Shown piece by piece: positions 9,482 through 19,337 of a DNA stretch of 64,000 nucleotides. The notes under the pieces were generated by a model that saw only the letters and a program-made list of their open reading frames with translations, searched no databases and had not been told where the DNA came from. Position numbers and translations under genes: made by a program. Source of the stretch: a virus. Position 1 is the stretch's first letter. Every line of letters starts with the position of its first letter. The stretch lies in the IMG/VR virus record IMGVR_UViG_3300042691_032685, positions 5,530-69,529 of that record; one strand, 5' to 3'.

Positions 9482-10371
9482 GTCAACCGCAGCGGACTCA
9501 AAATAATCCTTTAAACCTTGGTACTTTCAATACAACTTCAATTCGTTATCTGCATGGCTCCCTTGGTCCGCAGTACAAGGTTGTAGGTCGTGCTGATACC
9601 AACCAGTACTCCAATGGTGGTATTGGAGGAGGTACGTACAACCATTGGTTTGTCGTTAACCTTTCATCTCCTGCCTGGATTATTGCAACGAAAGGACCCC
9701 CGCGTCCCAGGTATATTCAAGTTTCTGCATATGACTTAAACAAAACACCTATCCAAGGGGATCCTATTTTTGACGCGGATTCTATTCGCGTTGATTCCAA
9801 CGGTGAGGTTTACATCCCGTATCTCAATACGGTGATGAGTGCTCAGTCTGATCTTTACAACCAATATTCATCGATCCGTCTTGATCGAGGAGATGAACGC
9901 TATTACCCATTGGAAGCGGGTAGTTACTTGCTCTGTGTCTCATCAACACGTAACGAACCCCTTGATTATCACGTTGCTGTTGTCATTGAGTTTCCGCCTA
10001 CGGAAGGTTTCTTTGAGTTAGAAGACAGTGATGGAAGTTGTTTATTACAAGAAACATCAATTACTGCAGAGATTGTTGAAAGCCCAATCACTGCTGATTT
10101 AACCATCGGCAATGCCTTTACAGAAACTATTTGCCAAATTAATTTTGGAGTGACAGTTACTGTTGTTGATCCAGGTGTCTGGTTTATTGGTACTAGTATT
10201 CCTCCTGCTGACTATGGCGACTATAAATTCATATTGGAGCCAGGAGATGATGCTTATTTTCAAACAATCCACGATCATTCACTGTCAGAATGGAGAAATG
10301 CATGGGAGGACGAACATCAAAGCACAGATCCGTTCCCTGATATTCTGATTCCTTTAACCAATAGGCCATGA
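9463..10371 (+). CDS. Hypothetical beta-rich protein, possibly virion
   Basis: 302-aa ORF. Confidence 0.6.
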   Translation: MARNQVSQPQRTQNNPLNLGTFNTTSIRYLHGSLGPQYKVVGRADTNQYSNGGIGGGTYNHWFVVNLSSPAWIIATKGPPRPRYIQVSAYDLNKTPIQGDPIFDADSIRVDSNGEVYIPYLNTVMSAQSDLYNQYSSIRLDRGDERYYPLEAGSYLLCVSSTRNEPLDYHVAVVIEFPPTEGFFELEDSDGSCLLQETSITAEIVESPITADLTIGNAFTETICQINFGVTVTVVDPGVWFIGTSIPPADYGDYKFILEPGDDAYFQTIHDHSLSEWRNAWEDEHQSTDPFPDILIPLTNRP

Positions 10372-10481
10372 TTAAATATCTCCTTTCTTTGTTTGTAAAA
10401 CAAACAATAAAACAACACCCTTGGCATCAATATTGCAACGACAATCCGCACGCATCGGGTTGTCGTATTTATGATCTTTAA
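10368..10481 (+). CDS. 37-aa CP12-like peptide (C-terminal Cys pair only)
   Basis: MIKYLLSLFVKQTIKQHPWHQYCNDNPHASGCRIYDL; ATGA overlap with upstream stop. Confidence 0.6.
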   Translation: MIKYLLSLFVKQTIKQHPWHQYCNDNPHASGCRIYDL

Positions 10482-10531
10482 AGATCTAAAAACAACACTT
10501 ACTTTTAGAATAAAAGAAACGGGAGATACCC

Positions 10532-10696
10532 ATGTCTAAACTTAACGAATACATCGAAGTTGCTCTTGCTATCCATGCAGCAGCTTCTGCAATCTGTGCA
10601 CTGACTCCTACGCCAAAGGATGATGACATCCTGCGTAAAGCCTATAAGGTACTGGAGTTCCTTGCACTAAATATTGGTCGCGCCAAGCAACGCTGA
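10532..10696 (+). CDS. Small holin-like membrane protein
   Basis: Hydrophobic helix then TPTPKDD; TAGAAT box and GGAG SD upstream; next to endolysin. Confidence 0.55.
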   Translation: MSKLNEYIEVALAIHAAASAICALTPTPKDDDILRKAYKVLEFLALNIGRAKQR

Positions 10697-10859
10697 TCAA
10701 TCAGGTAACGCCTGAAACCAAAAAACAACGCCATCCTGGCTCTCGACCCAATCCCTTGTTTCATATGCGTGTTCCTTTGGTAAGGTCACGCATTTTTTTT
10801 CGTCGCCAATTTGCCAGCACATATTGACGCGGATCCGTGGTTCCTTGTATTTCTTCACG

Positions 10860-11870
10860 TCAGTAGTCCCAGCGCACGCGTGGTTTTCCTTCCCTGATGC
10901 CGACATGGACAAACCCTTTTGGCGCACCATAGCCTAGCGAGTAAGGCCAATTTTTGTCACACCAATCTTGTACGGTATAAACATCAACTCCTTGAATATA
11001 AAAATCAATGGCTCCTTTGGAAGGTGCGTTGTAAGTGTGTTCACTATTTTTTGCGCCTCCTACTTGAGTATTGATGGGTTCGGGACGAGATGCGCTGGTA
11101 ATAATGATCGGCTTATTTCCAAACTGCTTACGAACTCTTTCAAGAAACAAACAAATTTCTTTTGTTGTATCACACTGATACTGTTTTGTGAAACGACGCG
11201 CTTCTTGGTTGAGTGTTAATTCACCATATGTGATGTTTGGCGTCACTTTATAGGTGAATGGGCTCCAGGGGTTGAAGTTATTGTTGTGTGGATTGGGATC
11301 TTCTTTTTCTCCAATGTTTTGGAGCTGACGATCCATGATCTGGATTAATTTTGTCGCATAGTCGGGATCAGTTGCGTATCCCTCTTTAACCAATAAACGA
11401 GCGCATTCATTCCTGCTGGCAGCCCTGTTAACACCTTTGAAGCGACCAAAGTCTTTGTACCATCGATCAACGAGGTAACAAACACAGGTTTGTAGGTCGG
11501 GAAAATCAAGGAATCCTGCCTTAATTGTGACCCATTGACCGTTGATAAATTCCTGAGTGCTGACTGTAGAGCCAGATCCTTTTAATCCAAAATAATTATT
11601 TTTACCTGATGTGTGTTGGCCCCAACCTGACTCGAGTGCCCACTGTGCAGCAACACATTCAGGCCATTTACTACCGGCTGCTTTAGCTGCTGCCACGACA
11701 CCATCCCAAGTGTTAGCGACTTCAGTAGCAGGCTTGGGTGGGGTGCGGTATTTAGATGCAAATGACTCCAGGACATCAGGAGATACCTGAGCCTGGAGCC
11801 AATTCCAAGCATCGATCTGATGCTTTTCTTCTTTGTAAAACTTAGCTGCGTCCGTGAGTTTGATTGACAT
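10860..11870 (-). CDS. Endolysin: GH73 glucosaminidase + peptidase M15
   Basis: AQWALESGWG, NYFGLKG, GYATDPDY; SASR..N..VGGAKNSEH...AID...FVHVG. Confidence 0.9.
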   Translation of the reverse strand: MSIKLTDAAKFYKEEKHQIDAWNWLQAQVSPDVLESFASKYRTPPKPATEVANTWDGVVAAAKAAGSKWPECVAAQWALESGWGQHTSGKNNYFGLKGSGSTVSTQEFINGQWVTIKAGFLDFPDLQTCVCYLVDRWYKDFGRFKGVNRAASRNECARLLVKEGYATDPDYATKLIQIMDRQLQNIGEKEDPNPHNNNFNPWSPFTYKVTPNITYGELTLNQEARRFTKQYQCDTTKEICLFLERVRKQFGNKPIIITSASRPEPINTQVGGAKNSEHTYNAPSKGAIDFYIQGVDVYTVQDWCDKNWPYSLGYGAPKGFVHVGIREGKPRVRWDY

Positions 11871-11914
11871 ATCGACCTAAAGCTTTTTATTAACTCTAGA
11901 TCAGGTCAATAAAA

Positions 11915-12097
11915 TCACACAGGTTCGGCTTCTTTTACTTCGTTGGGTTCTTCATTTTCTTCAGGAGCAAACTCAAGTGTTTCCAAGAGTTGACCGACAA
12001 GAGAAGAAGACAAGCCGATCAAATTTGCATCGCCTGTTGTACAAGCTGCAGCAAACGAATTGAGCCCACTAATAAGTTCAGATTTTTTGCAAGCCAT
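11915..12097 (-). CDS. Hypothetical protein
   Basis: ORF starting MACKKSEL. Confidence 0.55.
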   Translation of the reverse strand: MACKKSELISGLNSFAAACTTGDANLIGLSSSLVGQLLETLEFAPEENEEPNEVKEAEPV

Positions 12098-12104
12098 CTT
12101 TATT

Positions 12105-12428
12105 TCACCAAGGCGTTCCGTTTGCAGTTTTAGGAGCAATCTTTGCTTCTAGTTCAGTTTGCAAGGCGTTTTCAATTGCGCCAATCTGATCTTCTCCAAT
12201 GGTTTTTTTCAGCCATTCAATCACTTGTGTTTCGGTTAAATCTTTGTAAGGAATAAAACCTGATTGATCTGCCGGTCCTAAATTAGTAGCTCCGTAGCTA
12301 CTAACACGTTCACCTTGTTCTTCTAAAGCCACTGTCCAATAAACAGTTTTAATTGTACCTTCAGGATATGCATCTCCATCTGGTAACGTGCGTTCAAGTG
12401 TAGAAATACCCCAAACAGGATCAGCCAT
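12105..12428 (-). CDS. Tail-fibre-associated/assembly protein
   Basis: FIPYKDLTETQVIEW...PW pattern; directly after tail fibre. Confidence 0.6.
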   Translation of the reverse strand: MADPVWGISTLERTLPDGDAYPEGTIKTVYWTVALEEQGERVSSYGATNLGPADQSGFIPYKDLTETQVIEWLKKTIGEDQIGAIENALQTELEAKIAPKTANGTPW

Positions 12429-12472
12429 GACAAAAAAGATTTTCTTTTATTTTACATGAAAAACAAAGTTGT

Positions 12473-15337
12473 TTAGCGCACCAGCCACTCTTCAACTTCG
12501 CTTGACACATCTCGCATCTTAATCCAACGAGATCCCACAGGCTGCCCCTTTCTTACACGTAGTTTACCAAGCAAACCGACACAGGCCCATTCAGGTCTGT
12601 CTTCGCGAGGGATGTATTCCAAGTCAGGATCAAAAGCGGGATTTAATTTGCGATGTTGTAGTTTCATGCCGTTATCATCGTGTGATTTAATCACGGCGTC
12701 AGGAGGAATGACCACATCGGAAGGTATTGTGTGACTTTCATAGTTATGTGGCTTTTCGGATTTATTGCCACGTTGATCAATAATCTCCTCCACCCAAGAA
12801 ATTGAATCATGATCTTCCATGATATAAGAACCGAAATCATCCTTTAAATACTTTTCGGACCACTTGTTCCATGCAGAATCACCAACAACGCTTGGGTTTG
12901 CAGAAATAACACCGATGGGCTCTTCCCCCTGGAGAGCTGCCCTTATTTTGTTGCCTGTTAAAACAACACTAAATCCACGGCGGTCTTCTAAAGAATAATT
13001 ACCATCTTCCCACTCAAAGAATTCTGCGTAGTCAGCGCCTCCACCCGTCCAGGAACCATCACAAAGTCCTGTTCCGTCTCCACGAAGATTAAATTCAGTG
13101 TCTCCAAGACCGCTACTCCATCCTCTAAAAAATGAATACCCAGAAGAAGCGGCTAACTGACATACATTTGCTTGGATAGTTGCAGTATATGTGCCAGCAT
13201 TGGCCCACATATAAACGCCTACTTCATTGTTAAATTGGTTTAATTCATGATAAGCGCCAGCACCATTAATATAACCTGCGGTTGAATTGCTAGCTTTAAA
13301 ATAACCGCTAGTGTTTATTCTTGCTCTTTCTAGGTATCCAGATCCAGCAGAAAACTGCCATTGGAATGCGTTGTAGTCAAAATAAGCTATTGTACCTATA
13401 TAGGTTTGAGCTGCATTCTTAGCTTCGATTGCGAAATAAGTTTGCGTGCCGCCTGAAGTGTTATTACCATGAACAAGGGAAGTGACAGCTTGAGTTGCTG
13501 TACCTCCTTTTAAATGTAAACGCGCAGAAGCAAACTGGGCTGTATTTGAGTTTTCAAGTAAGCATGTATTCGTGTTGTTGCCTAATACATGGAAGGAAGC
13601 ATTGGTTGGTATTGGCGTTCCAATAGAAACACCAGATGTTGTAGCCCTTAGTCGTTCGGAGTTACCTGCAGCAAGAAATATGTAGTCAGTGCTTACACCC
13701 GTGGCAGCTGCCCTTCCCGCCTGTAAGACTGTGTCACTAGCCGTATAACCATCGTTGATTGTTCTAAGCAGAAATTCTCCGCCAGTTCCTTGGAGAAATT
13801 CCCAAGTTTTTGCGTCAACGCCACCAGATTCTCTTGTAATACCTATGCTCGTTTGACCTGCGCCACCGTCTCTTGCACTAAAAGCAAATGTATTAGCTAT
13901 AGCTCTTACTCTGCCATCTACAGTTACCCTCCAACTCGGATCGTTTGATATAGTGCCAATTCCAACTAAACCACCAGAAGTAATGGTTGCCCTTACGTTT
14001 GAGTTAGTACCTAAATAAAGCGGCCCGTTTTCGTAATTAAAAACATATGCATCTTTTCCTACAAGGCCTGTAAAATAACCGTTTGCTCCTCCAGATCCCG
14101 TTTCTCCGTTTGAGCAACGAAGCACCGACCAGGTGTTACCAGAAGTTCTTGTGTCATGAATGTGAATAGTTCTTCCTACAGCAGCGTTAAAATTAGGCGC
14201 TTGTGTTCCAACACCAATATTTCCACCGTTAGGACACAATAACAAATTAAAATTAGTAGAAAAATCATTAATAAAACGAGGCTGAATCCACTGGGTTCCA
14301 TTGGTTAAACCGCCAATATCCATTGCGACGGAACCACCTTGAAAACGAGTGACGACATTGGGGTCGCTGCCATAGCCACCAGTAGTCGCAGGTGATCCTC
14401 CCGCTATATCACCGTACACATGTAAAGGTGCACTAGCCTCACCAAAGCCAACGGCAAGATAACCGCTTTTATTAAGACGCATTCTTTCAAATAAAGACGC
14501 AGGACCACCTGTAGTCGTTAAGAAAGAAATTGCAGATGGGCATTGTCCACTTGCTACAACTTGGCTCGTTGGTAAATCAACATAAGCTTGAATTAAAGCA
14601 GAATATTGAAATTGTGTTCCATCTGTTCCTGCCCATGATAAACGTCCAAGAACATCTCCACCTTGTACTCCCGTATACGTATTAACTGTATCTCCTCGTG
14701 ATTTTAAAAACCAGTAATGAGAAGAGGAAGAACTGTTTCCAAAGAAAGAAGCAGAGTAAGCATAAAACGCATTGGATTGAACGTTGGAAGCAAATGTAAT
14801 ACCAGTGATAGATGAAGCCGTCCCAAAAAGTGCTTGACCTGCGCTAGTTATTCTTGCTTTTTCTGTGCCATTTGTTGCAATAGCAACTGTATTTGTAGCA
14901 GGTGAATACAAACCATTGGTTGTAGTGCCAATAGATACTGGGGGCGCCGCTGCGGTACCTGAGGCAAAAACACCGGATGTTAGTGTTGCAACGCCTCCAC
15001 TAATAGTGGCGCCACTAAGTACAGTAAATCTACCACTTGTAAAATTGGCACTTGTTCCTGTAACAGTAGTTCCACTAATGGTTACAGCATTAACAGTTGC
15101 TCCGCTAACCGTAACAAAATTGCCAGTTGCAGAATTTACTGTTGTTCCAGTGAACGTAATGCCACTAACAGTGGCACCACTAACAGTGGTACTACCAATA
15201 ACAACGGAACCAGAGATAGTGCCCGTTACGTTAAGGTTTGAAGTGGTTGATGCATATAAACCAGATACCGTAACGTTTTGATCGACGCCAGCGTTAGTGA
15301 ACGTGACGTTATCAACTTTGATAGTTCCGTATGGCAT
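12473..15337 (-). CDS. Distal tail fibre with C-terminal autocleaving chaperone (Peptidase_G2/S74-like)
   Basis: ERMR/VGIGT fibre repeats; GADYAEFFEW...GVIS...RPEW..VGLLGKLRVR. Confidence 0.85.
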   Translation of the reverse strand: MPYGTIKVDNVTFTNAGVDQNVTVSGLYASTTSNLNVTGTISGSVVIGSTTVSGATVSGITFTGTTVNSATGNFVTVSGATVNAVTISGTTVTGTSANFTSGRFTVLSGATISGGVATLTSGVFASGTAAAPPVSIGTTTNGLYSPATNTVAIATNGTEKARITSAGQALFGTASSITGITFASNVQSNAFYAYSASFFGNSSSSSHYWFLKSRGDTVNTYTGVQGGDVLGRLSWAGTDGTQFQYSALIQAYVDLPTSQVVASGQCPSAISFLTTTGGPASLFERMRLNKSGYLAVGFGEASAPLHVYGDIAGGSPATTGGYGSDPNVVTRFQGGSVAMDIGGLTNGTQWIQPRFINDFSTNFNLLLCPNGGNIGVGTQAPNFNAAVGRTIHIHDTRTSGNTWSVLRCSNGETGSGGANGYFTGLVGKDAYVFNYENGPLYLGTNSNVRATITSGGLVGIGTISNDPSWRVTVDGRVRAIANTFAFSARDGGAGQTSIGITRESGGVDAKTWEFLQGTGGEFLLRTINDGYTASDTVLQAGRAAATGVSTDYIFLAAGNSERLRATTSGVSIGTPIPTNASFHVLGNNTNTCLLENSNTAQFASARLHLKGGTATQAVTSLVHGNNTSGGTQTYFAIEAKNAAQTYIGTIAYFDYNAFQWQFSAGSGYLERARINTSGYFKASNSTAGYINGAGAYHELNQFNNEVGVYMWANAGTYTATIQANVCQLAASSGYSFFRGWSSGLGDTEFNLRGDGTGLCDGSWTGGGADYAEFFEWEDGNYSLEDRRGFSVVLTGNKIRAALQGEEPIGVISANPSVVGDSAWNKWSEKYLKDDFGSYIMEDHDSISWVEEIIDQRGNKSEKPHNYESHTIPSDVVIPPDAVIKSHDDNGMKLQHRKLNPAFDPDLEYIPREDRPEWACVGLLGKLRVRKGQPVGSRWIKMRDVSSEVEEWLVR

Positions 15338-15380
15338 TTTTTAGTTACCTTTTCTCTTATTTTAACTGAACGAACTATGT

Positions 15381-17672
15381 TCAGGGAAGAATAATAAGTG
15401 GACCTTGGATCACGAACCCAGATACGCTACCAGAAACAACGCCGGAACAAACAATTGCTGCTGTTGCACCAGACGGTTGGGTAATGCTGAGTGTTTGTCC
15501 AGTGATGTTTGTAAATCTGGCCGTATTTCCAGTGACGGTTGCGCCAGAAACTTGTGCAGTGAAAACACCACTATTGAAGTTAGCGGTACTACCTGTAATT
15601 GTAGTTCCTGTTAACGTCGTAAAACCAGCGATATTACCAGTAATTTGATTAAATAAACCACTGGTTCCTGTGATCGTTACGCCCGTCAAGCTTGTAAAAC
15701 CTGCAGTATTACCAGTAATTACTGCACCGCTGAGCAGAGAAGTAAATACTCCAGTTGCTCCAGTAACGCTGGTAAATTGGCCAACGGCGACAGATAAATT
15801 AGTAAATTGTCCTGTGTTTCCAGTAATTGTTGTACCAGAAAGCTGTGTTGTAAAAACACCGCTGATGCCAGTAATGCTGGAACCTTGAATCGTATTGCCA
15901 GTAACTGTCTGGCCGCTTAGCTGAATAAATTGCCCGGAAGTTCCTTGGATCGTATTGCCTGTAATTGATGCTCCAGAAATTGTTGTTGTTCCGACAACTG
16001 ATCCGCCTGTAATAACGGTTGCCTGAACAGCTTGTCCTGTAAATGTTGATGCTGTTACCGTGCCGGTGATATTAATACCGGAACTGAAATAACCCGAACC
16101 AAAAACAAAAAGATCGCTAAGAACAATACCAGTGCTAAATGTCTGGTTTGCTGCAGACAGTGTTTGGAAAACACCAGTTGTAAAACTAGCCGTTGTACCT
16201 GTGACAGTCTCACCTGAAACACGAGACGTAAATGTACCAGAAACCCCGGTAATAACTGTTGCTTGAATTGTGTTTCCAGTGACAGTTGCGCCACTTAAAG
16301 AAGTTGTGAATACGCCAGAAGTACCACTAAAAGTAACACCTGAAATACTACCTTCTGGTACGGTAAGTCCTGATTGAATAGTGGCTGTTTGGCCAACTGT
16401 CAGTCCGCCACTTGTTGAGATGTTTCCAGTGACGGTGATGTTTTGTCTAACAATACCGGTGGTAAAAGTCGCAGTCTCTGCGGTAAGTGTGGTGAAGTTT
16501 GCTGTATTACCAGTGATGACAAGTCCAGAAACCTGACCGGTAAAAACGCCTGATGTTCCTGTAAGCGTGACAAGATTTGCAACAGTTCCTGTCAACGACT
16601 GGAACGACCCACTCGTGAAATTACTATTTGTTCCTGTGATAGTTGTGCCGCTTAATGTTCCAGTGACCTGAACACCTGAAGCAAAGAAACCACTTCCTTT
16701 AACGTCAAGGTTGCCGGACAATGTCATGTTGCCGGTAGTCGTATGGCTACCCGCAATAATTGTCTGGAATGTGCCGGTGGTGAAGTTTGCGTTTGTACCG
16801 GTGACTGTGGCGCCAGAAAGAGTATCAGTAAACGTACCGCTAGTGCTGGTTAAATTCTGACCACTAACAACAAAACCACTAACGTTAACGGCGGCAATAG
16901 CAATTGCAGCTAAAGATGTAAAACCACCTTCCGTAAATAAACCACTGGCACCAGTGACTGTTACTCCACTAACAACAGTTGTCCCACGGATGGTTGGTGC
17001 TGTGATTGTGGAACTGCCTGTGATGGTTCCAGTGACTGACAAGCCATTCCGTAAGTAAGCGGATGATGCACCAGTGAATACACCAGAAACCGTCAGGCTG
17101 TCAGAGATAACAAGATCATCCTGAACGGTAAGGCCGCTAGCAATCAGAGACCGGAAAACACCACTGGTCCCACTGATTGTGTTTCCTGTGATTAGAGCTC
17201 CAGATAAAGCAGTTGTAAAGACGCCGGAGACACCTGTTAAAGAAGTAAATTGACCTGTATTTCCAGTGATTGTTGCACCAGAAAGCTGGGTAAAGACACC
17301 ACTAACACCTGAAAGGTTGGCAAAACGTCCCGAATCTCCGGTGATTGTTGCGCCACTGATGGTTCCGCTTGTTGTCAGATTATTTTGAACAACAAAACCA
17401 CTGAAAGTACCAAGCCCTGTTGAAGTTACTGTATTAAAGAAAGAAGCACCACCAACGGTTAAAGAACCTGTGATGGTGACATTACCTAAGAAGGTCTCGC
17501 CAGAAAGATTGGCGTAATACTGATCTAGATATTGGCGAAACTGCGTAAAAGTAATCTTTTTATTGCGCAGTACCGGGTCCACCTCAAAAACGTGGACCAA
17601 CGTCATGAGGTCTAGCTCATTAATGTCGGTTCCATTAATAGATGGAAACTCCGATATTCTTCTGTTAGCCAC
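15381..17672 (-). CDS. Thr/Gly/Ser-rich repetitive tail fibre (proximal)
   Basis: MANRRISEF N-terminus; many SGATITGNT/GVFT repeats. Confidence 0.75.
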   Translation of the reverse strand: MANRRISEFPSINGTDINELDLMTLVHVFEVDPVLRNKKITFTQFRQYLDQYYANLSGETFLGNVTITGSLTVGGASFFNTVTSTGLGTFSGFVVQNNLTTSGTISGATITGDSGRFANLSGVSGVFTQLSGATITGNTGQFTSLTGVSGVFTTALSGALITGNTISGTSGVFRSLIASGLTVQDDLVISDSLTVSGVFTGASSAYLRNGLSVTGTITGSSTITAPTIRGTTVVSGVTVTGASGLFTEGGFTSLAAIAIAAVNVSGFVVSGQNLTSTSGTFTDTLSGATVTGTNANFTTGTFQTIIAGSHTTTGNMTLSGNLDVKGSGFFASGVQVTGTLSGTTITGTNSNFTSGSFQSLTGTVANLVTLTGTSGVFTGQVSGLVITGNTANFTTLTAETATFTTGIVRQNITVTGNISTSGGLTVGQTATIQSGLTVPEGSISGVTFSGTSGVFTTSLSGATVTGNTIQATVITGVSGTFTSRVSGETVTGTTASFTTGVFQTLSAANQTFSTGIVLSDLFVFGSGYFSSGINITGTVTASTFTGQAVQATVITGGSVVGTTTISGASITGNTIQGTSGQFIQLSGQTVTGNTIQGSSITGISGVFTTQLSGTTITGNTGQFTNLSVAVGQFTSVTGATGVFTSLLSGAVITGNTAGFTSLTGVTITGTSGLFNQITGNIAGFTTLTGTTITGSTANFNSGVFTAQVSGATVTGNTARFTNITGQTLSITQPSGATAAIVCSGVVSGSVSGFVIQGPLIILP

Positions 17673-17718
17673 CTACTTTTACTGCGCAATTCTTTCCTTC
17701 AATTATAGATCGGCTTAT

Positions 17719-18018
17719 TTACCGGGCTTTTATTTCAATCCTCGGCATTACGTTTGTAATTACATTCCAAGACCATTGAATTCCTGTTACAATTCCGCAA
17801 GAGAGCAGGATCACAAGCAAAAGTTCCGCAACAGTCAAGTTGCGTCGGACATAAACCACCTGAGGTTGTTGTTGCTGGAAAGCAGCTTGCTGAGCGATAG
17901 CTTGTTGAACTGCAAGTTCCCTGGCCCTTGCTTTCATCTCTGCCAGCATCTCAGGCGTGATCTGACCTTCCAGGGGTTGTTGGACAGGTGCCTGGCTCGG
18001 GGGAATCTGTTCTTCCAT
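17719..18018 (-). CDS. Gln-rich single-pass membrane protein
   Basis: One TM helix near the C-terminus. Confidence 0.55.
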   Translation of the reverse strand: MEEQIPPSQAPVQQPLEGQITPEMLAEMKARARELAVQQAIAQQAAFQQQQPQVVYVRRNLTVAELLLVILLSCGIVTGIQWSWNVITNVMPRIEIKAR

Positions 18019-18068
18019 GAAACGCAAAACGTTTTCCCACACCTTAGCATTTTAAAAAAGTTATTGCT

Positions 18069-18494
18069 ATGAACTACGGGGTAAGGAAAGGATTTGAGGA
18101 TGTTGCCCACGAATTGAAGGGTATTAAAAACATCCTCGCTTCCATGTGGCACAGTCGTTATTCACAAGGTGAAACCGACGTACTCAATCCCGAAGCATAC
18201 TCAGATGAATACATCTCTACTGAGGAGTGTGGCCGGAGGCTTGGGGTATCGGACCAAACCATCCGAAACTGGATTGCCATCGGTAGGAAAGCACCTGAGA
18301 AGGGATGGGTAGAAGGCATCCATTACGTCAATGTCTCACCCGATCACAAACGTAAAGCCTTAATCCGAATCCCTTGGAACACACTGGTTAAGTCCTTTGC
18401 CAAAAACAAGGAAGTTGATCAAAGCGATATCCGTGGACCAGAGAATACAAACTCAACCATGTATCAAACACGAACCTTTGGACGTTTGGAATAA
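18069..18494 (+). CDS. Helix-turn-helix DNA-binding protein (Xis/MerR-like)
   Basis: YISTEECGRRLGVSDQTIRNWI...EGIHY. Confidence 0.7.
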   Translation: MNYGVRKGFEDVAHELKGIKNILASMWHSRYSQGETDVLNPEAYSDEYISTEECGRRLGVSDQTIRNWIAIGRKAPEKGWVEGIHYVNVSPDHKRKALIRIPWNTLVKSFAKNKEVDQSDIRGPENTNSTMYQTRTFGRLE

Positions 18495-19021
18495 TGGCTC
18501 ATCGTTTCCAAGGGGTTGATATTGATTCTGTCACTATCGATAACCATTTACAACTATTGCCAGAATCATTGGTCAATCAGGTGGAAATGTTTCTTCCGCC
18601 GGAGGGATCATTTGACGATGGGTGCCTACGTCGTTATTTGGAAAACCTAAAGAACTACGAAGAAGAGGATGCCAATTCTGGGATGACATTGGCAAATCGT
18701 CTGAGGCTGGCCTTTAAGGACATGCAGTCAGACACCATTTGCGGTAAATTCCCACAAGCAGAGCTCCCTTTGAAAAGAAGGCTTCGTTGCGTTGCTGAAT
18801 ATCTGATTCGTTCTGGAGAATTTGATAAAGTACGTGATGAGAAAGGAAAGCTTGTCAAGAAACGTGGTGTTCTTGGTAAGTTGGTGGTCTTGTACCAGCC
18901 AACAGAAAAACTACTTGTCTCCTTACAACGCCAAGGATTGTTAGAAAATGAGCCGTCGAGAACAGTTGATCGCATCAGTGATCGGTCCGGAGATGGACCA
19001 GACGAAAGCACGCATGCTTGA
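18494..19021 (+). CDS. Hypothetical protein
   Basis: ORF in operon. Confidence 0.65.
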   Translation: MAHRFQGVDIDSVTIDNHLQLLPESLVNQVEMFLPPEGSFDDGCLRRYLENLKNYEEEDANSGMTLANRLRLAFKDMQSDTICGKFPQAELPLKRRLRCVAEYLIRSGEFDKVRDEKGKLVKKRGVLGKLVVLYQPTEKLLVSLQRQGLLENEPSRTVDRISDRSGDGPDESTHA

Positions 19022-19337
19022 TGCAACGGTCCGTGTCATCCTTGGTGATATGGGTCAACAATATTGCAAATTCTGGGATGCGGAAGGTCCTGGTGTTCTT
19101 GTTTTCCAACCACAAAACAAAGAACGATCCATGTTCTTCTTAACTCTTAAAGAGATGCACGCTGCACAGGAAGAATGTGAGCGCAGCGACGACGGAGATA
19201 TGGCAGAAAGTTTCCGTAGGATTCTGGCAGCTGCTCAACGAATTGATCCAACTGAAAAAGCAGGTTATATCATCAACGATCAAGACGGAATGCGTTATTT
19301 TGAAATCGATTACAACCAAGTAGCAGATAAAAAATGA
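18948..19337 (+). CDS. Hypothetical protein
   Basis: ORF in operon. Confidence 0.65.
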   Translation: MSRREQLIASVIGPEMDQTKARMLDATVRVILGDMGQQYCKFWDAEGPGVLVFQPQNKERSMFFLTLKEMHAAQEECERSDDGDMAESFRRILAAAQRIDPTEKAGYIINDQDGMRYFEIDYNQVADKK

